Positions 21,252 to 29,894 of a DNA stretch of 64,000 nucleotides are shown one piece after another. A program made the position numbers and the translations under genes. The DNA comes from Candidatus Saccharimonadota bacterium (GTDB taxonomy: Bacteria > Patescibacteriota > Saccharimonadia > UBA4664): the NCBI GenBank assembly GCA_019352195.1, contig JACAFG010000007.1, positions 10,046-74,045 of the forward strand, written 5' to 3'. Numbering within the stretch: the first letter of the stretch is position 1; each line of letters begins with the position of its first letter. The notes under the pieces were generated by a model. The model did not search any database. It was given only the letters and a program-made list of their open reading frames with translations, and was not told the origin of the DNA.

Positions 21252-21363
21252 CATCAATGTCTTGTAAGTCTAGGAAAACTAGATTCGAACTGAGCGTGAA
21301 ATAATTAAGTTAGACCGTAATAAAAAGTTCTAGGCCGAAAGGAAACCGAATTCGAACCGTTCA

Positions 21364-21428
21364 GGTTCTCGACCGATATGCTCAGCCATAGCACTTATGC
21401 TTAAAAAGACTTCTTCGTAAGTCTTTTT
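21364..21428 (+). repeat. att-like junction R2 plus terminator hairpin
   Basis: GGTTCTCGACCGATATGCTCAGCCA-TAGCACTTATGCTTAAAAAGACTT..AAGTCTTTTT. Confidence 0.7.
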
Positions 21429-21447
21429 ATTTTGCTACAATTAATTC

Positions 21448-21789
21448 ATGAAGTACGAAGGCACCATCGTCGAAGAAGGCTTATTAGATAATCGCTTTCT
21501 CAATACCCTGGAGATTTTAAGCGTGCGGGTCTCGTCTGCGGAAGTTCCAGAAGATCGATGGCACCTTTATAAAGTGAGAGTAAGTGAAGATGACATCTCT
21601 TCTTTTGCCAAACATCTAAAGCCCGGGCATTGGTACGCGCACTTCTGGAATGGAGATGAGGTTATCGCAGTGTTTCCTTCAAAGACTTTCAAATTCAAAC
21701 ATTCAGGCAGGACCACTTGGGAGCCAGCAATTAAATACGGAAAATCTATGGGTATTCCAGAAGAGCAGCTCGACTTTATAGTTGACTAA
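21448..21789 (+). CDS. hypothetical protein, cassette cargo
   Basis: 113-aa ORF (WYAHFW, YGKSMGIPEEQLDF); TGCTACAAT ends 6 nt before ATG. Confidence 0.8.
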   Translation: MKYEGTIVEEGLLDNRFLNTLEILSVRVSSAEVPEDRWHLYKVRVSEDDISSFAKHLKPGHWYAHFWNGDEVIAVFPSKTFKFKHSGRTTWEPAIKYGKSMGIPEEQLDFIVD

Positions 21790-21818
21790 GCTGCTTGTGG
21801 GCATGAGTGTATTAATAT

Positions 21819-21866
21819 GGTTCTAACTTCGGCGATAATGGCCAGCCAATGCACTTATGCTGAAAA
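21819..21866 (+). repeat. att-like junction R3
   Basis: GGTTCTAACTTCGGCGATAATGGCCAGCCA-ATGCACTTATGCTGAAAA. Confidence 0.8.
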
Positions 21867-21890
21867 TACTGTTCCGCAAAAGAAACCCGT

Positions 21891-22313
21891 TTACTGGGCG
21901 TCTTTTTCGGCCATCTCCATGAACTCGGCCGGAGCAAGTATCTCAACCCCTTCGTAGCTCCCAAGCACCAAAAGATCCTTGTCGCCACTTACTATGTAAT
22001 TGCAGTTTCCAACAAGAGCCGTCTCTAATATCCGATTATCGTCATCATCTCTGGACGCCGTGACCGTAATGCTCCCAAGCATCACAAGCTCCGCGTCTTG
22101 CTCAAGGAGGATTTCAATAAGTCCAAGATCCGTACCAAAATCGGGGAATTTGCTGGCAATTTTCCGCCGCATCTCGGTCAGAATCTCAGGCGAGATAACT
22201 ACCTCAACGATTCCGCGTGCTAATAATTCGACTACTTGCCTCGGCTTCCCGCCAAATACGAGCGCTGATACCCAAACATTAGTATCGATGACAACTCTGG
22301 GCCTATTGTCCAT
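21891..22313 (-). CDS. PIN-domain toxin (VapC-like)
   Basis: VVIDTNVWVSAL, RDDDDNRILETA, IVSGDKDLL. Confidence 0.92.
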   Translation of the reverse strand: MDNRPRVVIDTNVWVSALVFGGKPRQVVELLARGIVEVVISPEILTEMRRKIASKFPDFGTDLGLIEILLEQDAELVMLGSITVTASRDDDDNRILETALVGNCNYIVSGDKDLLVLGSYEGVEILAPAEFMEMAEKDAQ

Positions 22314-22542
22314 TCGGGCGGTCTAGAATTTCATAAACCTGGTCTTCACTAGAATATCCCAGCTTCTGACCTTTCTGATTGGCCGCGTCCAGCAGGCTCG
22401 TCCAACGGCGCCTGCGACTCAAATCGGCCAAAGCTAGCCGACGGAAGTATTCGCTTCTGCTCCCCAAATCTTGTCTTACCGCATCATCTACATCTCGAAG
22501 TAATGTTTCATCGAGAGCAATGTTAAGTGTTTTTGTAGCCAT
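22303..22542 (-). CDS. ribbon-helix-helix (CopG) antitoxin
   Basis: TLNIAL...L..VD..V....GSRSEYFR; overlaps PIN start. Confidence 0.85.
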   Translation of the reverse strand: MATKTLNIALDETLLRDVDDAVRQDLGSRSEYFRRLALADLSRRRRWTSLLDAANQKGQKLGYSSEDQVYEILDRPNGQ

Positions 22543-22626
22543 TAATCCAAAGCTCCTAATATGGAGGTATTGTATAGGTTTTGTTTACTGTCGTCAATAC
22601 CCGGAGCAGACTGCCCCCCATTAATT

Positions 22627-22870
22627 TTACGTAGAGCGTTTTGGGGTTCGGTAATCGCAACTTGCGCTTCTCCTGTCGGTAATGAATATAAGCCTACGAA
22701 ACGAGAAGTTAAGCGCATTCATGCGCTTAAGGGTTATAAAAGGGCTTTCAATGACAAGCTCGCGCTCGCAGCTACGTAGGTCATTCAAATAGGCAGAGTA
22801 AAACGTCTTCTCGTCATACAATCGTGAAGTGAGCAGGGGAGTAGTGCCAGGCCGATTGAAGAGGTATTTG
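22627..22870 (-). pseudogene. phospholipase D-like domain fragment
   Basis: LLTSRLYDEKTFY..DL...ELVIESPFIT..R resembles a PLD N-terminus; no HKD motif, truncated. Confidence 0.55.
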
Positions 22871-22958
22871 AGAATCAGGAGGCTTCAATCTCCTCATCAT
22901 CGTTCTCGTCTAGCAATTGGCGAATTGCTTCAATGTCCTTACCCTCATCTTCGTCAAA

Positions 22959-23028
22959 AGTTTAGAATATGGACTGCCTCCCCAGCCAAAGAACTTATGC
23001 TTAAAAGAAGTCGTCAAGACTTCTTTTT
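22959..23028 (+). repeat. att-like junction R4 plus terminator hairpin
   Basis: AGTTTAGAATATGGACTGCCTCCCCAGCCA-AAGAACTTATGCTTAAAAGAAGTC-GTCAA-GACTTCTTTT. Confidence 0.8.
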
Positions 23029-23374
23029 TGTTTTGACGCGGAAAGGTCTCTTGATATTGTTAAGATCAATAAATACAGTTCCAGCATTCATTTTAAAATT
23101 TCCTGTGACAATAAACCCATCTGATTGCTGGTCTATTATCCCGACTTATCAAATCGAACTACATGCATCCCCTTTCGCAATAGTCATACACGTACGTAGC
23201 TTCTGGTATTACCAATGAATTCCTTTGCAAAAAGGAGTACGTGTCTATGACACTCGGTATGTTATATTGCTCGGCCCTAAGTTGTTGGAGAACGATTTTC
23301 GGCATGAATTTGTGCAAATCAAGCAGCACCAACGGCCACCCTTATTTCACCCTATATTGAGCATTTACTAGAAT

Positions 23375-23404
23375 AGTTTTAACTTCGGTGATACTCAAAA
23401 GCCA
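23375..23404 (+). repeat. att-like junction R5 (degenerate)
   Basis: AGTTTTAACTTCGGTGATACTCAAAAGCCA, same 30-nt spacing as R1/R3/R4/R6. Confidence 0.65.
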
Positions 23405-23493
23405 TGCATTTACAAGATCGCAAACCATTCCAGCACAAATGTAAGCTGAAGTAGAATCTTGATGATTGTATATTTGTGCGATATGCTAATTAT

Positions 23494-23802
23494 ATGAAGA
23501 TTCTTCCAGAACCCATTACTTATATATGGGACAAAGGTAATATTGATAAGAATCTACTCAAGCATAATGTAACAATACATGAAGCAGAGGAAATGTTTTT
23601 TACGCAGCCATTCGTTGTCCGAAATGACCTAATGCATGCGGAACCGAACGGTGCCAGATACCAAGCTTTAGGGAAAACAAAGGCGAGCCGAAAATTGTTC
23701 GTTGCATTTACCATTCGGAATAAACAAATACGTGTCATTTCTATCCGAGAGATGACCATTAACGAGGAAAGAGTATATGAAAAACTTGAAGCAAATTCCT
23801 GA
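23494..23802 (+). CDS. BrnT family toxin
   Basis: WDKGN..KN..KHNV...EAEE.F, R..ALGKT, IRVISIR. Confidence 0.9.
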   Translation: MKILPEPITYIWDKGNIDKNLLKHNVTIHEAEEMFFTQPFVVRNDLMHAEPNGARYQALGKTKASRKLFVAFTIRNKQIRVISIREMTINEERVYEKLEANS

Positions 23803-24055
23803 ATTCAAAAGCATTAAGAATGAAGCAGAATTTTGGGATACTCACGACTCTACTGAATACATTGACTGGTCGACCTCCGAAAGTACGCTACTACCGAATT
23901 TGAAGTCCTCTACTGAATCAATATCTTTAAGGTTGCCTTCGCCGCTACTTGCACGCATCAAAGAACTTGCGAATGAAAAAGATGTACCGTACCAGTCCCT
24001 CATGAAGGTCTATTTAAGCGAACGTATTGAAAACGAATTACGTATTATCAAATGA
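23777..24055 (+). CDS. BrnA/CopG-like antitoxin
   Basis: IPEFKS..EAEFWDTHD, ISLRLP, A....VPYQSLMK. Confidence 0.9.
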   Translation: MKNLKQIPEFKSIKNEAEFWDTHDSTEYIDWSTSESTLLPNLKSSTESISLRLPSPLLARIKELANEKDVPYQSLMKVYLSERIENELRIIK

Positions 24056-24091
24056 ATCAATCGAAAAGGAACCGGCATCCATTTAGATTAA

Positions 24092-24131
24092 AGTTCTAAC
24101 TTCCTCCAAATGCCCCAGCCAAAGAACCTAT
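24092..24131 (+). repeat. att-like junction R6
   Basis: AGTTCTAACTTCCTCCAAATGCCCCAGCCA-AAGAACCTAT. Confidence 0.82.
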
Positions 24132-24174
24132 AAAGCCTTATGTTATAATTACGCCAATTTAAGAGGATCCTCAT

Positions 24175-24480
24175 ATGTTCGCCGATGGTTCAATTATGTC
24201 CCGGATACTAGGTACTTTGATTCTTATTGCAATCATAGCTTTGCCGTTCTATTTGATTTACCGAAAGCGTGCGTCAGTCTGGACTGGCGAGGTCGTTGAC
24301 AAGAAGACGCATGTTGAGGAAGACGAATATGGTAGAAGGAATATATTTGAACTTCAAATTAAGAACGCCAAAACTGGCAAAGTGCAAACTCATAGTGTAA
24401 ATGAGAAACGATACAACGAATTTTCGGTTGGTGACAACGTGACAAAGCAAGCTGGAAAAATGGGTTTCATCAAAGCGTAA
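24175..24480 (+). CDS. small membrane-anchored beta-rich protein
   Basis: GAGG RBS, one TM helix, W.G.V.DK, VGD.V.K.AG. Confidence 0.75.
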   Translation: MFADGSIMSRILGTLILIAIIALPFYLIYRKRASVWTGEVVDKKTHVEEDEYGRRNIFELQIKNAKTGKVQTHSVNEKRYNEFSVGDNVTKQAGKMGFIKA

Positions 24481-24555
24481 CACGTCACGCCGAGCAAGAT
24501 ATTGGCGCACAATCCCGAAGTCAAGTTCAAAAGCTACAAAATCGACGCATCCAGG

Positions 24556-24587
24556 ATGGTCCTAACGTCGTAGGCTATGCCTTAATA
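24556..24587 (+). repeat. junction remnant R7 (core lost)
   Basis: ATGGTCCTAACGTCGTAGGCTATGCC; minus strand reads GIAYDVRTI. Confidence 0.5.
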
Positions 24588-24606
24588 CAGTAGGCTTCGA
24601 ACGTCG

Positions 24607-25221
24607 CTAATTGTCACCACCTCCGCCGTCTCCGCCACTAGGCACAGTAATATATACCGGAGTTATAACTTTTTGGACGATGATTTGAGTTCGAGTCTGC
24701 ACTATCGGGGCTACCGGTTTAGCAACAACCTGGAAATCAGTGTATGGCAGGGCTGCGTAGTTCGTGGCCAGTCCTACAATCCGGTAAATCCCGGGTTTGT
24801 TAAAAAGGTTGGGCCAATTGGCGAAATCTTGCGTGTAGGACGCGCTCGGCTGGATAACGTGCTGCTTAGCGCTGCCGGCACAGGCGGATGCAGCGGCCGT
24901 GTCATGAATTCGAACCCATGAGTTATTGGTCCAAGTGTAGATATAAAACGGTTCCTGCGGACAAGTATTTGCCAGAGTAATCGGCTCAGCGAGGCCGTTC
25001 TTGAGCGTGTAGCTGATAGTATCGCCGACCGTATACTTGATTTTTGAGGTACTCAGCTGTAGCTCGCCGCTGGCAAATACAAGCGTATTAATGCGGGTTG
25101 CCTGCCAATAAACCACCACAATGAAGCCTAAAACAATTAGTACATAAAACAATATCCATCCCACGAGCCGCTTGTGTTTGTTGCGTTCTCGAATGGTAGC
25201 CAGCGCTGAAGCTTGCGTCAT
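24607..25221 (-). CDS. membrane-anchored extracellular Ig-like hypothetical protein
   Basis: start overlaps upstream stop (ATGA); TM helix then Y.VGD.I, Cys pair, PGIYRI. Confidence 0.7.
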   Translation of the reverse strand: MTQASALATIRERNKHKRLVGWILFYVLIVLGFIVVVYWQATRINTLVFASGELQLSTSKIKYTVGDTISYTLKNGLAEPITLANTCPQEPFYIYTWTNNSWVRIHDTAAASACAGSAKQHVIQPSASYTQDFANWPNLFNKPGIYRIVGLATNYAALPYTDFQVVAKPVAPIVQTRTQIIVQKVITPVYITVPSGGDGGGGDN

Positions 25222-25970
25222 TGCACCTGGACCTTCCGCCGAAGCCGATAAATTACGGCGACAGCGACGCCGATACCGAAAATAACCCAAAGAGTCCGGA
25301 AGATGCCATGCGTTAGGTCCGTACCCAAGTACAGGGCATGGAAGAACACAAAGATAATCGTGAGATAAGATAAGAAATGAAACACCTTCCAAGCATGCGG
25401 TTTTTTGTCGATCCAAAATATCGACGTCAGGATGATGGCGAGCACAAAATACAATGCAAAAACGCCGAGCGCCACGTAAAGCGAACCGAAGTGATACCTG
25501 CCAAAAGCGACCTCATGATAGTTCGAAATAAACGGCACTAAAGCCTGGGCAATAGTGAAGGGGACGTAGTTGTCAAACAGCAGAGCCACCACGTGTACCA
25601 CTATTGAAATGCCAAAAATGTAAGCGATGGCCTTATGCGTCGCCCAGGCGGTCAGGGGTTCGAGAAACCTGAAGGTGGCGCCAGTAATAAAACCGATTCC
25701 GGAAAGCATTAATAGCACCAGTGAAATGGCCGCAACAAACCCGGCCGCTCGCGTGATATACCAGGGCCATGAAGCCTTGGCGCGCGTTTCTAGCTGCTTG
25801 GTGACTGAGGGCCCGGGGACTGGTTTTGCGAGAATGTTTGGCGGGTCACTCACTGTAAGACTGCTCGGTGTTACCGGCGGGGCAGTTGCGGCCAAAACCG
25901 GAGCCCCATAAACAGCTCCGGCAGCAAGAAGTAGTATGACCAAACTGGTGATTGCACGTTTTTTAAACAT
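25218..25970 (-). CDS. ferric reductase/MsrQ-like heme membrane protein
   Basis: WY..RAAG, conserved His in TM helices, WKVFHFLSY, HAL.LGTD. Confidence 0.85.
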   Translation of the reverse strand: MFKKRAITSLVILLLAAGAVYGAPVLAATAPPVTPSSLTVSDPPNILAKPVPGPSVTKQLETRAKASWPWYITRAAGFVAAISLVLLMLSGIGFITGATFRFLEPLTAWATHKAIAYIFGISIVVHVVALLFDNYVPFTIAQALVPFISNYHEVAFGRYHFGSLYVALGVFALYFVLAIILTSIFWIDKKPHAWKVFHFLSYLTIIFVFFHALYLGTDLTHGIFRTLWVIFGIGVAVAVIYRLRRKVQVQ

Positions 25971-26892
25971 GAGCGTTACCGATAATTATACCATCACCAA
26001 AATGTTCGAGCCGGGAGCCAAATTGCAGCACCGCCGCGTCGGCCTGGTGTTGCTTTAAAAACTCCATAGCCTGCCCGCCGCCCAAAATGACGGCGCAGCT
26101 TGCCAGTACATCGGCACGCAGAGCGGACTTATCGGACACGGTTGCTAGCAGAATGTCGGTTTTGGCCGGCCGAAGGGTGCGGGGGTCTATTATATGATGC
26201 CAAACTTCGCCGGCTTTTATGCCGGTGTGGATATTAATACCGGAAGTCGCAACCCCGCTGGTTCCGTCCGGTTTCAGGGAAGCAATATTTTTAGCTGGGT
26301 CAGCAGCACTTTGGATTAAAACTGTCCAAGGCTGGTTCTGCTCGTTGCGTCCGCCCACGGCAATATCGCCTCCAAAGGACAGCCAGTAGCCGGAAATGAT
26401 GTCCGGTAGGCGTTCGCGCAGCAGGTCAGCCAGGTAACCCTTGCCGCAACCGCCGAGGTCGACCGCCGTCGCGAACGGTATCCTGGCCCAACCGTCGCCG
26501 ATTTCCAGGTTTTTGACCGGGACAACAGTTTTGCCGGAGTGGTCGTCCACCGGATTAGTCTCGTGGCCCGGTACCCGTGAATTAACGTAGCCGGCCGACT
26601 GCAGTGCCGGTAAAATAAACGGGTTATACAGGCCGGCCGTCTCCTGGCTGATGTCACGGGCCGCTACCAGGACAGCCTGAAATTCAGGGGAAATCACCTG
26701 CTTTGTTCCGGCGTTGCGGTTAAAGATTGATAGCTCGCTGGCTGGCAAAAACCTGCTGAACCGCCGTTCGAATAAAAAAATCTCTCGCCACAGCGTGTGG
26801 TAAAGCGCTTCAATTTTAACTTTAGGAGCCGTACTTACGATCGACAAGCCGGTTTTGCTGCCAAGGGCCACCGTTTCCTGGTAGTGCTGCAT
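25963..26892 (-). CDS. apbE: FAD:protein FMN transferase (ApbE family)
   Basis: FSRF...SELS.FN, DLGG.GKG, GGD, VATSG, HHIIDPRT. Confidence 0.92.
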   Translation of the reverse strand: MQHYQETVALGSKTGLSIVSTAPKVKIEALYHTLWREIFLFERRFSRFLPASELSIFNRNAGTKQVISPEFQAVLVAARDISQETAGLYNPFILPALQSAGYVNSRVPGHETNPVDDHSGKTVVPVKNLEIGDGWARIPFATAVDLGGCGKGYLADLLRERLPDIISGYWLSFGGDIAVGGRNEQNQPWTVLIQSAADPAKNIASLKPDGTSGVATSGINIHTGIKAGEVWHHIIDPRTLRPAKTDILLATVSDKSALRADVLASCAVILGGGQAMEFLKQHQADAAVLQFGSRLEHFGDGIIIGNAHV

Positions 26893-26893
26893 C

Positions 26894-27874
26894 CTACAAG
26901 CACCGGCCCGAGGGAGTGGTTTGACAGGCTGGCGCAGGCATTGTTATGGGCGCGGCATAAATTGTCGTCGGGGCACTCTGGGGTTGGGGATTGTAGGTAC
27001 TGGAGGTACTGGAGGCAGAGCTTGGCATTTGGTTGTCGGTGGGCGCTGTAATGACGTCCGCCGATGGCGGGATGCTGTTAACTAGCTGGTCGAGCTGTGT
27101 CTGGCGTGCGTTTGTAATTAAATATGGCGATGATTTGGTGGGCTTGAGGGCAGTCGTCGGCGGCAAGACCCGCAAGAGGTCGCCTACCATAACAACAAAA
27201 GTCCCAAAAACTAAACCAATGGCGCCCAGCACATAGGCGTTTGCAGGCCAGCTGCGCAAAATGCTGGTTTGCTTGGGAGAAGACTGTGTAAAGGCTTCGG
27301 TCAGTACATTCGCTTTGGGCGCACCATGCTTTAAAAGGGTCCCCGACATTGCTTTCATAAATACGGGTGGGCCGCATATGAAAAAGCGGCGGTCTGTATA
27401 GTTTTTCGCAGTAACTTTGTCGAGCAGCTCAGGGGCTATGAAGCCTGTGGCCACCTGCCCTTGTGGCAACTTGTCGGTCGGGCCTTTGCCGACTACGAAT
27501 ATGACTTTCAAATTAGGGTGCTCTGTCTGGATTGAAAGCAGTTCCTCCGCGAACGGGACGTCATCCTGGGTGGCGCAGCTATATAACAGAGTTACTTCGT
27601 TATCGGCCCTTAGGGCGCTAAGGTAACGCAACATGCTTATGAACGGCGTGATACCGATGCCACCAGCCATGAACACGGCTTTTTTGTCGCGCGTTGCATC
27701 CAGGACAAAGCCCCCAAAGGGGCCGGTCACGTCAATACCTCGTTTTTCATAACTGATTGCAGCGTATTGCCCGGGCTGAAAAGCCAAGGGCCGCTCACTT
27801 TCGTCCCGTTGCAGGGTCAATAGTAGGGTAGACGGGGTAATTTTTTCGCAACTTTTAACGGTAAAGGTATTCAT
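26894..27874 (-). CDS. FNR-like FAD/NAD oxidoreductase with C-terminal TM and S/T/P tail; internal deletion
   Basis: FQPGQY, GPFG.F, AGGIGITPF, ICGPP.FM present; RxxS FAD-binding segment absent. Confidence 0.75.
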   Translation of the reverse strand: MNTFTVKSCEKITPSTLLLTLQRDESERPLAFQPGQYAAISYEKRGIDVTGPFGGFVLDATRDKKAVFMAGGIGITPFISMLRYLSALRADNEVTLLYSCATQDDVPFAEELLSIQTEHPNLKVIFVVGKGPTDKLPQGQVATGFIAPELLDKVTAKNYTDRRFFICGPPVFMKAMSGTLLKHGAPKANVLTEAFTQSSPKQTSILRSWPANAYVLGAIGLVFGTFVVMVGDLLRVLPPTTALKPTKSSPYLITNARQTQLDQLVNSIPPSADVITAPTDNQMPSSASSTSSTYNPQPQSAPTTIYAAPITMPAPACQTTPSGRCL

Positions 27875-27902
27875 GGTTATGGTTATTATATAGTGCGATT
27901 AA

Positions 27903-27934
27903 ATGGTTGTAACGTCGTGCCTTTGCCCACAAGT
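27903..27934 (+). repeat. junction remnant R8
   Basis: ATGGTTGTAACGTCGTGCCTTTGCCC, first 16 nt 14/16 identical to R7; minus strand reads GQRHDVTTI. Confidence 0.45.
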
Positions 27935-28241
27935 CTCCAACCAGTGCGCATTTGAAACCTTTTTCGGTACCGGTCCCCCAAGCTGTGTGATCGCGGTCAC
28001 CGTCAAGACTCAATGAATGTAGGATGCTTACCCCGAGGCAGCATTACGAATATTTGATCATTTCCATTCTCGCATGCATGCCCAATGATACTTTTTCTAT
28101 TCTAGTCGCCATTTCACCGTCAAACAGTTATAGCTTCCAACTCTTGGATTGCTCGCCTATGCGCCCAGTGACGCATGCTCAACTAAGCAATCCTAGGAAT
28201 AAATTTTGTAAGAAATCGCTCCATAAACAAGTACTAATACT

Positions 28242-28784
28242 ATGACCGACAAACAAATCGTAACAGCCGTCATTGCCGGAGAGCCTTCAGCCTATCGAGC
28301 AATCGTTGAGCGGTATCAACAGCCGCTCGTGCGATACATCGCCTATTTAATTCACGATGCCGATCTAACTGATGATGTTGTGCAAGATACGTTCATTAAG
28401 GCGTACAAGAATCTGCGTGGGTTTCGCTTGGATGCAAAATTTTCAAGTTGGCTCTACCGAATAGCGCACAACACGGCCATGGACGCAGTAAAGCATCAGC
28501 ACCTCTCAATTGATGATCTTCCCGCTCGTAATGAGCCCGTTAGCCAAGATCTCGACATCGCCGCACTGGTAGACCAGCACATCGCCGCCAAAGATGTGGC
28601 CGCCTGTCTCACGAAACTGCCCCTCAAATATCGTGAAGCCATAGCGCTGTTCTACCTACGAGAAGCAAGTTACTCGGAGATCAGCGACATCCTGCATATT
28701 TCGGTCTCAGGCGTCGGAGTACGTATTAATCGCGCAAAAACTATGTTGCGTTCAATTTGTAAGGCAAGGGGAGTACACCAATGA
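28242..28784 (+). CDS. ECF RNA polymerase sigma factor
   Basis: DVVQDTFIKAY, FSSWLYRIAHN, LP.KYR, SYSEI..IL. Confidence 0.93.
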   Translation: MTDKQIVTAVIAGEPSAYRAIVERYQQPLVRYIAYLIHDADLTDDVVQDTFIKAYKNLRGFRLDAKFSSWLYRIAHNTAMDAVKHQHLSIDDLPARNEPVSQDLDIAALVDQHIAAKDVAACLTKLPLKYREAIALFYLREASYSEISDILHISVSGVGVRINRAKTMLRSICKARGVHQ

Positions 28785-29236
28785 AACAATCCGACATCGC
28801 CGCCAAAGTTATGCAAGAAATTGACACCAAACAAGTCACTATGCTACCGCGATGGCATTTTCTGGCAACGGGCATTTTGAGCGTCTTCGGCATGCTCGCC
28901 TTGTCTGGTCTCGTCGTATACCTCATGAATGTCATCACCATTGCTTTGCGAATCCAGATTATCGACCGCCCCATGCTCGGCGCTCGCCAACGCTTAAGTG
29001 ATCTCCTCACCAACTTCCCCTGGTGGGCCGTCATTATCGCGGTCATAGCAATAGCCGGGCTCGTTTGGCTATTACGTAAGAATAGTCGCCTCTACCGTGT
29101 TAAACTCGGCTGGACACTTATTTTGGTACTCGTAATCGGTGTGATCTTGGGCCTGCTAGTATCAACTTCACCATTAAATCAGGTGCACGGCGGTCCGGGA
29201 CAAAACACGCCACACGAACAGCAACGGCTTCATTAA
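28781..29236 (+). CDS. membrane protein, putative anti-sigma factor
   Basis: overlaps sigma stop; three TM segments. Confidence 0.65.
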   Translation: MKQSDIAAKVMQEIDTKQVTMLPRWHFLATGILSVFGMLALSGLVVYLMNVITIALRIQIIDRPMLGARQRLSDLLTNFPWWAVIIAVIAIAGLVWLLRKNSRLYRVKLGWTLILVLVIGVILGLLVSTSPLNQVHGGPGQNTPHEQQRLH

Positions 29237-29296
29237 TTTTGTAATAAAACCAGCTTTCAAACCGTATTACAGATGTCTAAACGAAAGGACATCAAC

Positions 29297-29716
29297 ATGA
29301 ACAAAGTAATACTATTCGCCGGTGGAACAGTGGTAACTCTCGGGGTACTCGTTGCGTCCAGCGGGCTAGCCTTTGCCGCCAATGATAACGCTTCCCAAAT
29401 GGGGAACGGCCGAAACGGGTACGCGCAGCAGCTCCAAGTGAAAGCTAGCGCCCTCAACCTCAGCGTGACCGATCTCCAAGAGCAACTAAAGACCAAGACC
29501 CTAGCTCAAATTGCTGCCGCAAAGGGCGTTAGCATGGGCGCAATCCATGACGCGACCAGCAAACAGGCGCAAGCCAATTGGGCAGCCAATGGCTTAACTG
29601 CCGATCAAATTAAGGAGCGTACGGCCGCCCAGGCGCAACGACAAGCTGACTGTGACGGCACTGGATCGGGCAATATGAACGCCGGTGGCATGCATCGCAA
29701 CCAAAACAATAATTAA
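29297..29716 (+). CDS. secreted helical hypothetical protein
   Basis: AAGGA RBS, signal peptide ending AFA, KTLAQIAAAKGVS, CDGTG. Confidence 0.75.
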   Translation: MNKVILFAGGTVVTLGVLVASSGLAFAANDNASQMGNGRNGYAQQLQVKASALNLSVTDLQEQLKTKTLAQIAAAKGVSMGAIHDATSKQAQANWAANGLTADQIKERTAAQAQRQADCDGTGSGNMNAGGMHRNQNNN

Positions 29717-29894
29717 CTAACTGCGGGGACGGTCCAGCCAAACCGTCCCCGTCTGTCTCTCGATGACAGGTATACACTCTGAAAAACTACGACCCGAATA
29801 TGAGATGGTGTTGCCGGCACCGAAGGACGAGCTAAATTAATCCGTTCGGCTAGTCTTGCTTAGCTCCAACAGGTAATTGTTGTTAGATTTTGGT

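Noticed and set aside
22829-23218. 129-aa plus-strand ORF
   Set aside because: It runs across junction R4 and its terminator and has no recognisable motifs; likely spurious within a decayed cassette.
21209-24131. Junction repeats as a CRISPR array or integron attC sites
   Set aside because: Spacing is 150-1100 nt with genes between, repeats are degenerate and not long palindromes, and no cas or intI gene is present.
27950-27982. Possible further junction reading WGPVPKKVSN on the minus strand
   Set aside because: Only W and V match and the DNA core is absent; too weak to call.
29724-29752. CCAGCCAAA resembling the att core
   Set aside because: It lies in the loop of a terminator-like hairpin and lacks the upstream RGTT arm and downstream ACTTATGC arm.
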